A stretch of DNA of 64,000 nt from Azolla caroliniana. Its lineage: Eukaryota > Plantae > Polypodiophyta. The translations under genes and the position numbers were made by a program. The notes under the pieces were generated by a model. The model worked only from the letters and a program-made list of their open reading frames with translations, was not told the DNA's origin and made no database searches. Numbering within the stretch: the first letter of the stretch is position 1; each line of letters starts with the position of its first letter. The stretch spans positions 9,920,001 to 9,984,000 of the forward strand of contig JBHGNT010000016.1 in assembly GCA_043228905.1 (NCBI GenBank), written 5' to 3'. Shown in pieces: positions 63,522-64,000 of the stretch.

Positions 63522-64000
63522 TGTAAAAGAATACGTGCAGAAGCGTTAGACAAAGCACAGAATTCACAGTCGGTTATCCGAAAATACAATAGTTAGGTAA
63601 AAACACAGAGAATGGAAATACATAGTGAGAGAGAGAGAGAGACAAAGATAGAGCAAATAACAAAAAGAAACTTCTATAAGAAAAATTCTGTGTGTATACA
63701 ATGTGCTCAATGAGCATTCTTTATACAAGTCCTTATAAGGATTGACAAGTACTTACAAGTACTTGACTGCTCATAAATGAGCTACTAACACTAACTCCCA
63801 AAAATATTCCTTCGAGGAATATGGGTCCCTCATTTGGCCCACTTAGCTGAAATGAGATCAGACTCTCCTCTAGAGTGCCGATCTCGTCCTCAACCATGAG
63901 GTCGGCCTCACTAGCCCAAAATTCGGTATGGAGTCCATGGGGGGTTGGACTGGTCGGAGGTTGGTACCATGAAGCTGATTCATCGAACATGACATCTTGG
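63522..64000 (-). mobile_element. Copia LTR fragment plus integrase-tail fragment
   Basis: 63522-63760 resembles 49434-49564 plus 55478-55560; DVMFDESASWY..ESLISFQLSGPNE matches the 45-55 kb family. Confidence 0.7.

Overview
This is eukaryotic plant nuclear DNA, probably from a large-genome non-seed plant such as a fern (inferred from the Tcn1-like chromoviruses and an intact LHCB6). About 85% of the window is a nest of LTR retrotransposons whose borders, target-site duplications (TSDs), primer-binding sites (PBS) and polypurine tracts (PPT) can be read directly. It includes one intact, very young Tcn1-like chromovirus (26884-32541), a non-chromovirus Gypsy with an extra 3' ORF (12296-21177), several Copia elements and a gag-only LTR element. 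The only clear host gene is a two-exon LHCB6/CP24 (58592-59972) with a light-responsive promoter. The most unusual signals are: (i) a Gypsy element with an inward-facing tRNA-Arg-type PBS at both internal ends and no PPT; (ii) an outward-pointing tRNA-like Pol III A/B-box module at the U3 start of three diverged chromovirus LTR-type sequences; (iii) a 361-bp palindrome built from two such U3 ends, with its own 5-bp TSD; (iv) a self-priming PBS with a possible masking hairpin and a GUUAAAC -1 frameshift cassette in the intact chromovirus; (v) a three-part tandem Copia flanked by a 317-bp target duplication. All alignments were done by eye, and lineage names and tRNA identity are from recall, not database searches.
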